A stretch of 25,549 bases of DNA from a virus (Duplodnaviria; Caudoviricetes). The stretch lies in the IMG/VR virus record IMGVR_UViG_3300021412_000007, positions 1-25,549 of that record; one strand, given 5' to 3'. The notes under the pieces are model-generated. The model was not told the DNA's origin and searched no databases. It saw nothing but the letters and a program-made list of their open reading frames with translations. Below, piece after piece: positions 1 through 7,488 of the stretch. A program made the position numbers and the translations under genes. Positions within the stretch are counted from its first letter, which is position 1. The number at the start of each line of letters is the position of its first letter.

Positions 1-699
1 GTCAGCGCCACGACCAAGGAGAACAAGTCGCTGCCACCAGAGTACGTCGAGCGGCTGCTGAAGAGCTACGACGAGAAGACCGCGGACGCCTACGTGCGCG
101 GCAAGTTCGTCAACTTGACAGCGGGTCGGGTCTACTACGCGTTCGACCGCGCCAAGAACGTGAGAGTCAGACCCAAGGAGGAGCAGCGCGGGATCGACGA
201 GTTCGTCGGGATGGACTTCAACGTCAACCCGATGGCGTTCGTCGTCGGCTGGCGCTCTGGCGACGAGGTGCACGTCACGCACGAGTACGAGCTGCCGAAC
301 AGCGACACCGAGTACGCGTGCAGCCTGATCAGGGAGAAGCACCCGAACGTGAGACTGTGCTTCCCGGACCCCACTGGTAGGCGACGGCAGACGAACGCCC
401 CTGGTGGGGTGTCCGACTTCCGGTGGATTCAGCGTTCGGGTCTCGTGGTGATGGCGCCGATCGAGCCGTGGCCCAGGCGCGACTCGTTCAACTCGGTCAA
501 CAAGAAGCTGAGCGAGGGCAAGCTGACATTCGAGCCGTCGTGCCGCAAGCTTCTGCACTACGTGCAGAACTACGCGCACGAGACGATGAGCAGGCAGGAG
601 TCGATGAGCCACCTGCTCGACGCGATGCGGTATCCAGTGACGTACCTGTTCCCTGTCCACAGACCGACGAGCCTGGTGGCCCAGATGGTAGGAGCGTGA
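1..699 (+). CDS. terL: Terminase large subunit, C-terminal part (5'-truncated by the window edge); RNase H-like nuclease domain
   Basis: Frame +1 is open from base 1 (VSATTKENKSLPPEYVERLLKSYDEKTADAYVRGKFVNL). Contains GMDFNVNPM, FPDPTG and SHLLDAMRY motifs typical of terminase nuclease domains. Lies directly upstream of the portal. Confidence 0.93.
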   Translation, partial: VSATTKENKSLPPEYVERLLKSYDEKTADAYVRGKFVNLTAGRVYYAFDRAKNVRVRPKEEQRGIDEFVGMDFNVNPMAFVVGWRSGDEVHVTHEYELPNSDTEYACSLIREKHPNVRLCFPDPTGRRRQTNAPGGVSDFRWIQRSGLVVMAPIEPWPRRDSFNSVNKKLSEGKLTFEPSCRKLLHYVQNYAHETMSRQESMSHLLDAMRYPVTYLFPVHRPTSLVAQMVGA

Positions 700-2216
700 C
701 ACCCAAGCCAACTTCGAGGCAGCCGATCGCCCAGAACCACAAGGCGTACGACGCTTCGTGGCGGAAGTGGCGTCGGTGTCGCGACGCGTGCGCTGGGTCG
801 GACCGGATCAAGGAGGCTGGCGTCGAGTACCTGCCGTCGCTCAGCGCCCACAGGACCGACGACGGTGGCCGTCTTGGCAGTGGGCGCGACAGGTACGAGG
901 CGTACCTCAAGCGCGCGCTGTGGTACAACATGTCGCGCCGCACGAAGGTCGGGCTCAGTGGCGTGGCGACGATGCGCCCACCGAAGGTGGCGACCAGCAG
1001 CGACAAGGCAGCCGAGCTCGCCAAGGTCGTGGTGCACTTCCGCTACCAGCTGCTGGAGGAGCAGGTCGAGGTTGGCCGTGGTGTGATGCTGGTGAACCAG
1101 GTCGGCAGTGGCGACCCGTTCCCGAGTTTCTTCTGGGCCGAGAGCGTCGTCAACTGGGCGTTCGAGTACGTCGGTGGCAGGTACCAGCTCAAGATGCTGG
1201 TGATCGAGGACGACGAGGAGGTCGGCACGCCGGAGAACCCGTACGAGACGAAGACCCAGCTGGTGCGGCACAGCTACGTGATGCGCGACGGTGCCTGCCA
1301 CTACACGAGGTGGGCGAAGCCGGAGACCAGCGACCAGTGGCTAGAGCGCGCGGAGGGCGACGTGGTGGTGACGAGGTTCGGCGGCGAGCCACTCGACCAC
1401 ATCCCAGCGATGACGGTCGGGGCGACCTCGACGAACGAGCCGGACGTCGAGGATCCGATACTGCTGGACCTCGTCGACGTCAACATCTCGCACTACCAGA
1501 ACTCGGCCGACCTAGAGCACGGGCGGCACTGGACTGCGCTGCCGACAGCGGTGGCCAGCGGGTTCCCGACCACCGACCAGAGCGGCAAGCCGGTTGTCTT
1601 GAATGTCGGTGGCGAGTCGGCGTGGATCACGGAGCAGCCAGGAGCCTCGGCGCACTACCTGGAGTTCAGTGGCTCTGGTCTCGGGCACCTCTCCGAGGGC
1701 ATGAAGGACAAGCAGGCGATGGCTGCGGTCCTTGGGGCTCGGCTGCTAGAGGAGCAGCGCAACGCCGTCGAGTCCGCCGAGACTCTGAAGACGAGACACG
1801 CCGGCGAGCGCAGCGTGCTGTCTCGTGTCGTCAGGGCGTGCAGCGAGGCGCTGACGTGGTCGCTGCGCGAGATGCTGCTGTTCGCCCAGCCAGGCTACGT
1901 GGTCGAGGAGGGCGAGGACACCATCGACCTGAACACCGACTTCCTCGACCGCAAGATCACGCCAGCCGAGCTGCAGGCGTACACGGCGACGCTCCAGGCC
2001 GGTGGCATCAGCTACTCGACCTACTTCTCGCTGCTGCAGGGTGCGGAGATCATCCCCGAGGGCAGGACCGAGGAGGAGGAGACCGAGCTCATCGACGGCG
2101 GGAACCCAGGTGCGGCGAGTGCCGACCCGTTCGCCGGGAAGGGCAAGCCGGAAGAGCCGGACGACAAGGACGAGAAACCAGAGGATGGCGACGAGCCAGA
2201 GGACGATGACAGATGA
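696..2216 (+). CDS. Portal protein (DUF4055 type), about 506 aa
   Basis: GTG at 696 overlaps the terminase TGA (GTGA), so the ORF-track start at 423 is over-extended. Motifs YLP, RYEAYLKRALWYN, PILLDLVDVNISHYQNSADLEHGRH, AHYLEFSGSG, and an acidic C-terminal tail. Position follows terL. Confidence 0.9.
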   Translation: MTPKPTSRQPIAQNHKAYDASWRKWRRCRDACAGSDRIKEAGVEYLPSLSAHRTDDGGRLGSGRDRYEAYLKRALWYNMSRRTKVGLSGVATMRPPKVATSSDKAAELAKVVVHFRYQLLEEQVEVGRGVMLVNQVGSGDPFPSFFWAESVVNWAFEYVGGRYQLKMLVIEDDEEVGTPENPYETKTQLVRHSYVMRDGACHYTRWAKPETSDQWLERAEGDVVVTRFGGEPLDHIPAMTVGATSTNEPDVEDPILLDLVDVNISHYQNSADLEHGRHWTALPTAVASGFPTTDQSGKPVVLNVGGESAWITEQPGASAHYLEFSGSGLGHLSEGMKDKQAMAAVLGARLLEEQRNAVESAETLKTRHAGERSVLSRVVRACSEALTWSLREMLLFAQPGYVVEEGEDTIDLNTDFLDRKITPAELQAYTATLQAGGISYSTYFSLLQGAEIIPEGRTEEEETELIDGGNPGAASADPFAGKGKPEEPDDKDEKPEDGDEPEDDDR

Positions 2217-2368
2217 GCGGCGGCAATCCGAACCACGACGAGAAGGGCGGGTTTACAGACGGGCCTAGCGGTGGCGGGGTAATGGGCCGCGCTGGCAGCA
2301 ACGTTACCACGAGGACAATCAAGCTGCCTGACGGTTCGTCCGTCGAAGAAGGGTTTCCCGTCTGGTAG
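2213..2368 (+). CDS. 51-aa peptide with N-terminal GNPNHDEKGGF tag (possibly a truncated cargo gene)
   Basis: ATG overlaps the portal stop (ATGA). Translates MSGGNPNHDEKGGFTDGPSGGGVMGRAGSNVTTRTIKLPDGSSVEEGFPVW*. Not in the ORF track. N-terminus matches those at 3637 and 5284. Confidence 0.6.
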   Translation: MSGGNPNHDEKGGFTDGPSGGGVMGRAGSNVTTRTIKLPDGSSVEEGFPVW

Positions 2369-2464
2369 TTCTAGAAAATTCGGTGGACCTCAATTCTGAG
2401 AGAGGTCCGCGACACGTCTGATGGTGGACCCTCGATGAACGACGGGCTTTCACCCTGACCTACG

Positions 2465-2818
2465 ATGCTGATCAACTTTCACCTGCCACCACTGACAGTC
2501 GACGTGCTGCGCGTCCTGACCGAGTGGTGGGACGACAGGGCGACGAAGCAGGACCTCGCAGCAATCAGGCAACAACTCATGGCGACACTGGAAGAAGTAC
2601 TGGCGAAGGTCGAGGCTAACACCACGATCCTCGGGTCACTGAACACGCTACTCGACGGTCTGCGCGTCCAAGTGCAGGAGATCCTCTCGGGTGCGGCGGT
2701 ACCTCCTGCCACGCAGGAGAAGATCGACGCTCTGTTTGCCAGGGTCAGCGCTCAGGGTGACGAGCTCACCGAGGTGCTGCTCGAGAACACACCGCAGGCT
2801 CCACCGCCAACTCCGTGA
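2465..2818 (+). CDS. Hypothetical helical/coiled-coil phage protein, 117 aa (alternative start ATG 2579)
   Basis: Amphipathic helical pattern (MATLEEVLAKVEANTTILGSLNTLLDGLRVQV), Pro-rich C-terminus, host-like codon usage. Confidence 0.7.
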   Translation: MLINFHLPPLTVDVLRVLTEWWDDRATKQDLAAIRQQLMATLEEVLAKVEANTTILGSLNTLLDGLRVQVQEILSGAAVPPATQEKIDALFARVSAQGDELTEVLLENTPQAPPPTP

Positions 2819-2831
2819 GGGGCCCTGGAAG

Positions 2832-3053
2832 ATGACCGACGTCCCACACACCGCGATTGCCCGCCAGCGCGCCGAGTGCGTCGAGCGCGCCATGGTGTCT
2901 GCACGCTGCTCCAGGCTCCTGGTGCAGGAGGAGCTGCGTCTGTGGTTCGAGCTGCCCGAGTGGAAGCGGCGTCTGCTCAGCGACGTGGTGCTGTGTGGCG
3001 GCGACCTGGAGATCTGGCTGGAGGCTACGAGGCTGGCGAGAGGAGAACCATGA
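2832..3053 (+). CDS. Hypothetical protein, 73 aa
   Basis: ATG 2832 lies just after the previous stop. Its stop overlaps the next ATG (ATGA at 3050-3053). Confidence 0.55.
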   Translation: MTDVPHTAIARQRAECVERAMVSARCSRLLVQEELRLWFELPEWKRRLLSDVVLCGGDLEIWLEATRLARGEP

Positions 3054-3211
3054 AGAAGACGAAGTCACTAGCAGAGTTTGTCCGCTCCGTCGTCCTAGAG
3101 ACGCTGGAGTCCTGGGTGTCTGGCAGCGACGTGTCTGGCAAGAAGCGCCGTCGCCGGAAGAAGCGCAGAGGTCGTCGCACCAGGAAGGCTAAGAAGTCGG
3201 TGCCCCAGTGA
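3050..3211 (+). CDS. Small very basic protein, 53 aa
   Basis: AGGAG SD at 3041-3045, ATGA overlap upstream and GTGA overlap downstream. MKKTKSLAEFVRSVVLETLESWVSGSDVSGKKRRRRKKRRGRRTRKAKKSVPQ. Confidence 0.65.
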   Translation: MKKTKSLAEFVRSVVLETLESWVSGSDVSGKKRRRRKKRRGRRTRKAKKSVPQ

Positions 3212-3474
3212 CCTACGACGAGGCCAGAGAGGAGCGGCTGGTCTTCAGCGTGCCGTTCTTGGCGACGATCAACGAGTACGCTGGCGTGCTCGCGCGCACC
3301 TACTCGCTGCCGGAGTACGCCGAGCACGACGCGCTGCAGATCATGCTCCACTGCGGTCGGTTCTCGCTGCACGACGAGCGTGCGTGGGAGGAGTCGAGGC
3401 GGTGCACGGCACTGTGGCTCAGTGTCAGGCAGCAGGTCCAGGAGATCGTGGCGGAGATGGAGGTGCAGAGGTGA
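3208..3474 (+). CDS. Hypothetical protein, 88 aa
   Basis: GTGA overlaps at both ends; normal codon usage. Confidence 0.65.
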   Translation: MTYDEAREERLVFSVPFLATINEYAGVLARTYSLPEYAEHDALQIMLHCGRFSLHDERAWEESRRCTALWLSVRQQVQEIVAEMEVQR

Positions 3475-3653
3475 GGGCCGAACGATCAGCCGAGACCGAT
3501 CGCCTGCTGCGCGAGTACGCCGACTACGTGACGACGGCCAACCCGGTCGACCCGAAGCGACTGGCCGAGCTGCACCACGCGGCGGTGGCCAGCGCCCAGC
3601 GAGACTACGAGCGAGCGCTGGAGCAGGAGAAGAGCGATGCCGAGCAGAGGTAA
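3471..3653 (+). CDS. Hypothetical helical protein, 60 aa
   Basis: GGAGGT SD at 3459-3464; GTG 3471 overlaps the previous TGA. Confidence 0.6.
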   Translation: MRAERSAETDRLLREYADYVTTANPVDPKRLAELHHAAVASAQRDYERALEQEKSDAEQR

Positions 3654-3788
3654 TCCGAACCACGACGTGAGAGCGAGGTCATCCTTGCGCGCAGGTCAAA
3701 GTTCAAGGTGAAGCGTGTACAACACATTACGAGTGGGTTCCGAAAAGGACAAACAGTCGTCCACGTCACCCACATCGACCCGCACTGA
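3637..3788 (+). pseudogene. Internally deleted remnant of a tagged ADP-ribosyltransferase gene
   Basis: AGGAG SD and ATG 3637 give MPSRGNPNHD. From 3669 a different frame reads ESEVILARRSKFKVKRVQHITSGFRKGQTVVHVTHIDPH*, which aligns with the C-terminus of the 5284-6585 ART (EDEVLLPRKSRFRIYKIDGGVVHVEHVDPH*). Confidence 0.8.
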
Positions 3789-3793
3789 CAACG

Positions 3794-4543
3794 ATGCCAA
3801 TCAATACCAGCGACAAGACGGCCAGCAGCATCCTCGCCGCGAAGGTCGGCGCGATCCGCCACGGCAGCAAGCTGTACAGTGGCGTCGCGGACCTGCTCGA
3901 CGAGGAGCAGCTCAGGCGCTCTGCCCGCAAGGTGGGCAGGCAGCTGGACTCGCAGCTCGAGACGTTCTACGACCAGCGGGTCCAGACCCTGATGACGCGA
4001 CTCGGCCGCGACCTACGGGAGCCGACTCGCGACCCGAGCCTCAAGTTCATGCGTGGCGACGCCGAGCAGTTCATGGTGCAGAGCGCCACGCACGAGTCGA
4101 TCGCGCTCACGCGCACGCACGCGAGAACAGTGGCGCGGTCGGGCGCGAACGCAGCGCACAACGCGGCAGTGCTGGCGATAGCGCGGGCGAACCGCGATGC
4201 GGTCGAAGGAGTCATGGCGCTGGCGACGCTCGACAACAGGACAAGTGAGCTGTGTCGCGAGCGCCACGGTGGCGTGTGGGATCTCGCCACCGGCGAGCCG
4301 CTGCCGTACAGCCTGGCCGACGAGTTGTTTCCTGGTCGGCCACCGTGGCACCACAACTGCCGCACGACGCTGGTGCCGGTGTTCGTGGGCGAGGATGTGC
4401 CGACCATACAGGAAGAGTCGCAGGACGAGTGGCTGGACAGCGAAGACGCTGAAGAGTCGCTGGGCGAGGACCGAGTACAGGCGTGGCGCGAGGGCCGCAT
4501 CACGAGGACGCAGCTGATAACAGGAGGTGGGGACGATGCCTAA
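3794..4543 (+). CDS. Head morphogenesis / minor capsid protein, MuF (SPP1 gp7) family, without a fused toxin domain
   Basis: Motifs ATLDNRTSELCRERHG and PPWHHNCRTTLVP; located between portal and scaffold. Confidence 0.9.
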   Translation: MPINTSDKTASSILAAKVGAIRHGSKLYSGVADLLDEEQLRRSARKVGRQLDSQLETFYDQRVQTLMTRLGRDLREPTRDPSLKFMRGDAEQFMVQSATHESIALTRTHARTVARSGANAAHNAAVLAIARANRDAVEGVMALATLDNRTSELCRERHGGVWDLATGEPLPYSLADELFPGRPPWHHNCRTTLVPVFVGEDVPTIQEESQDEWLDSEDAEESLGEDRVQAWREGRITRTQLITGGGDDA

Positions 4544-4709
4544 GGACTACGAGATCTTGCTGGAGGAGCTTCGCCGTATGCACCCGGACTGGCCGGAGTC
4601 GAGGCTCAAGGAGATGGCTGCGCGGATGACGAACGCCAGACGGAAGAAGGAGGGGCGACCACCAGCCAAGTTCCACCGGGACGACGGTGGCGAGGTGGAG
4701 TACCCGTGA
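4536..4709 (+). CDS. Small basic hypothetical protein, 57 aa
   Basis: AGGAGG SD at 4522-4527, ATG 4536, GTGA overlap with the next gene. Confidence 0.7.
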   Translation: MPKDYEILLEELRRMHPDWPESRLKEMAARMTNARRKKEGRPPAKFHRDDGGEVEYP

Positions 4710-5287
4710 GCAAAGAAACGCCATTCGACTACGGCAAGAAGCTACCCGACGGCCAGAACGAGCGCCACCCGGTGCTGCCGCCTGCCGACGACTCGCAGCT
4801 CGTTCGTCCGCTGCGTAATCGCTACCGTCACGTCGGCATCAGGCCGTCTGGCCCGACGCGGAAGCTGACGTCCATCGAGGAGAGGGCCTACGCCGGCGAG
4901 GACTATGAGTGCTTCGAGCCGTACGATCCTCCGCGGGGAGCGTGCACTGGTCGCTTCTGGACGAAGCGGCAGCTCGAGTCAGGTTGTAACCAGGTCACGG
5001 TGGTCGGCGCCGCGCGCGGGATCAGCCAGGACGCGCTGGCCAAGCTGCTCGGCTGCTCTCCGGCGCTGGTCTCCAGGCTGGAGTCTGGCCAGCGAGGCGC
5101 TACGGTAGCACGATTAGAGGACCTCGCAGTAGCGTTCTCGTGCGCGCCAGAGATCATCATCGCGCTCGCCGGCGACGTGCCCCCAGAACAGGAGCGATGC
5201 CAGTCGGTCGTCAGGGCGCTGATAGTCCAGCCAGAAGTGGCTGCGATTGCTGCGCTGCTCGACAAGGGTCTGGAGGCTCTCAGGTGA
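4706..5287 (+). CDS. Hypothetical N-terminal domain fused to an XRE/Cro-type helix-turn-helix
   Basis: ARGISQDALAKLLGCSPALVSRLESGQRGATVARLEDLAVAFSC is a canonical HTH_3 pattern. The N-terminal 100 aa (RPLRNRYRHVG...TGRFWT...GCNQVT) is unrelated to it. Confidence 0.75.
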   Translation: MSKETPFDYGKKLPDGQNERHPVLPPADDSQLVRPLRNRYRHVGIRPSGPTRKLTSIEERAYAGEDYECFEPYDPPRGACTGRFWTKRQLESGCNQVTVVGAARGISQDALAKLLGCSPALVSRLESGQRGATVARLEDLAVAFSCAPEIIIALAGDVPPEQERCQSVVRALIVQPEVAAIAALLDKGLEALR

Positions 5288-6585
5288 GCAGCGAGGGGAA
5301 TCCCTGCCACGACGACAAGGGCCAGTTCTGCTCCGGCCCAAGCACCGGCGGCGGTGGCGTCGCCACGCTCGCCCAGCTCGTGGCGAGCGACAAGGGCAAG
5401 TTCACAGACGGTCCGAAGAAGATGCTCGAGACGAAGCACGGCTGGGTCGAGCCGCTGCCGAAAGGGACGCAGAAGAAGGTGGCGGGTGGGTTCACTGGCT
5501 ACAAGGTCATGAACTCCGAGGGAGTCCACGTCGGCGAGGTCTGGAGGAACCCGACTGGCTCGGAGCATACCTACTCGGCGTTCCACCCCGACGGCACGTC
5601 AGCCGGTGGGTTCGAGAAGAAGGTCCACGCTGTGGCCGCGCTGTCCGCAGCAGCGAAGGACAAGATGGCTGCCACTAAGATGACAGTGGCGTCGTCGGAG
5701 GTTGTGGGCAGTCTTGTAGCAGAAGCCTCCGGTCTCGCCGGCCTGAAAGCTCAGGGAGTCCACACATACCCACTTCACGTCTCGAAAGCGCCACCGAAGA
5801 TGTCGAACGCGATAGAGGGTGTCGAAGTCTACGATGGTGACGGTGACAAGAAGGGGGAGGTCTGGTCGGCAGAGCACAAGACAGAGAAGAAGGTCAAGTA
5901 CTGGACGAAGAAGGCTGGCTCTGATGCGCTTGGAAAGTCGCACGAGACACTGCATGGTGCCGTCGACTCGCTGACCGACCAGGTTGCTACCGACACTGGT
6001 GAGAAGCAGATCCACTTCATCGCCAACGACGTCAAGATCACCAACTCGGAGAAAAAGGCACTTAGGTACTACAGTTCTACTGGGTACCAGAACATCAACC
6101 GCCACCTCCGGACGGAGGTAGGGACCAGCAGCTCAGCTTCTAATAGCTGGTCGACGCTGAGCAGTAAGGAGGCGGTCGTAGCTCGTATCGCGCACATCGA
6201 CGCGGTGATGGCCCGCAGTGTCGTCGGCAAGACCAATCTCCACGGTGCGATGGAGATTGGCCCGACACTGTACCGTGGTGCCAAGGTCTCTCAGTTCGGC
6301 GTCAAGAGTTTCGCAGACTTGAAGGTCGGGATGGAGCTCGCGAACCACGCCTACGTCAGCACGTCTCGCAAGGAGTCGGTGGCGAAGAGCTTCATACATA
6401 AATACAAGAGCGGCAACGCGACCCTGCTGCACATCAGGACTGGACCGAAGTCGCACGGCATCGACATGAAAGGTATTTCGATCCACTTTGAAGAGGACGA
6501 GGTCCTGCTGCCTCGGAAGTCCAGATTCCGCATCTACAAGATCGATGGTGGTGTCGTTCACGTAGAGCACGTCGATCCGCACTAG
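5284..6585 (+). CDS. ADP-ribosyltransferase (R-S-E clade, VIP2/T4 Alt-like) with N-terminal tag and two internal repeats, about 433 aa
   Basis: GGAGG SD; GTG 5284 overlaps the previous TGA. Motifs EKKALRYYS..YQNINRHLR, LYRG (6268-6279), YVSTS (STS 6358-6366) and EDEVLLPR (E-x-E 6493-6501). Confidence 0.9.
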   Translation: MSSEGNPCHDDKGQFCSGPSTGGGGVATLAQLVASDKGKFTDGPKKMLETKHGWVEPLPKGTQKKVAGGFTGYKVMNSEGVHVGEVWRNPTGSEHTYSAFHPDGTSAGGFEKKVHAVAALSAAAKDKMAATKMTVASSEVVGSLVAEASGLAGLKAQGVHTYPLHVSKAPPKMSNAIEGVEVYDGDGDKKGEVWSAEHKTEKKVKYWTKKAGSDALGKSHETLHGAVDSLTDQVATDTGEKQIHFIANDVKITNSEKKALRYYSSTGYQNINRHLRTEVGTSSSASNSWSTLSSKEAVVARIAHIDAVMARSVVGKTNLHGAMEIGPTLYRGAKVSQFGVKSFADLKVGMELANHAYVSTSRKESVAKSFIHKYKSGNATLLHIRTGPKSHGIDMKGISIHFEEDEVLLPRKSRFRIYKIDGGVVHVEHVDPH

Positions 6586-6628
6586 CCAGTTTCCCAGTTC
6601 CCACAGACAAGACAGACAAGAGGACCAC

Positions 6629-7474
6629 ATGCTGAAGAAGAGAGTCAAGGCGCTCGACGAGGTCGACGCGCAGTTCCGCACCGAGTACGAGAAGCAGTCC
6701 GACGGATTCTTCCACCTCAAGGTGGAGGCCGACCCGGAGGACGAGGACGACGCAGATCCAGAGCCGGATGGCAAGAAGGAGACAGCTGCCGACCGCAAGC
6801 TCAAGGAGTTCCGCAAGGAGAACATCCGCCTGCGGAGGGAGCGCGAGGAGATCGACAAGCGATACGAGGGTGTCGACCCGGCAGAGTACGCCAACGCCAT
6901 GAAGGTGGTGGAGGCTGCGCGCAACGAGGAGGAGAAGGCGCTGATGAGGGCCGGCAAGTTCGACGAGGTGCTCAACATCCGGCACGCCCGCCTGAAGGAG
7001 CTCTACGAGAAGCAGATCACGAAGGAGCGAGATCGCGCGAGCACCGCGGAGACTGCTGCTGGCAGCTACAGGCAGATGCTGCACAAGGACCGTGTCAAGG
7101 CGAAAGTCCGTGCGGTTGCCGACGAGATGAAGCTGAAGCTGCGCTCGACGGCGGCCGAGGACTTCTACGCTCGCGCCGAGCGCGTCTTCACCGACCTCGA
7201 CGACGACGGTGAGCTGGTCTCTCTCGATGGCGAGGAGCTTCGCCTCAACGACGACGGCAAGCGGTTCAGCGAGAAGGACTTCATCATGGACGTCGTCGAG
7301 AGGGCGCCACACCTCCTGGAGGAGGCGAGTGGGACCGACATCCGAGGCGGCAGCAAGAAGTCGCGTGGCAACAGCGGCGTGGTCGAGATCGACCCGAGCG
7401 ACCCGAAGTCGTTCGGCAAGAACGTCGAGGCGATCGCCACCGGCAAGGTCGACGTGCGGCCGCTAAGCACGTGA
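6629..7474 (+). CDS. Capsid scaffolding protein
   Basis: Charged coiled-coil protein (MLKKRVKALDEVDAQFRTEYEKQSDGFFHLKVE...RAPHLLEEASG) with GAGGA SD, directly upstream of the capsid gene. Confidence 0.85.
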   Translation: MLKKRVKALDEVDAQFRTEYEKQSDGFFHLKVEADPEDEDDADPEPDGKKETAADRKLKEFRKENIRLRREREEIDKRYEGVDPAEYANAMKVVEAARNEEEKALMRAGKFDEVLNIRHARLKELYEKQITKERDRASTAETAAGSYRQMLHKDRVKAKVRAVADEMKLKLRSTAAEDFYARAERVFTDLDDDGELVSLDGEELRLNDDGKRFSEKDFIMDVVERAPHLLEEASGTDIRGGSKKSRGNSGVVEIDPSDPKSFGKNVEAIATGKVDVRPLST

Positions 7475-7488
7475 CCCGAGGTCAGTTA

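Noticed and set aside
423-695. N-terminal 91 codons of the 597-aa portal ORF in the track (likewise the upstream extensions of the ORFs at 5140, 11067, 11189, 11907 and 18878)
   Set aside because: They overlap upstream genes in another frame. Stop-start overlaps and SD sites support the later starts used above.
758-2209. 483-aa alternative-frame ORF, and the many other overlapping Arg/Ala/Pro-rich ORFs
   Set aside because: Shadow ORFs expected in high-GC coding DNA; no motifs, and fully nested in well-supported genes.
2411-2420. GACACGTCTG also found just before the capsid start (7632-7641)
   Set aside because: 10-nt matches are expected by chance in 25 kb of GC-rich DNA, and I noticed no third copy.
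4668-4700. KFHRDDGGEV in the 57-aa ORF as another copy of the tag
   Set aside because: It is C-terminal and lacks NP and the final F; similarity too weak.
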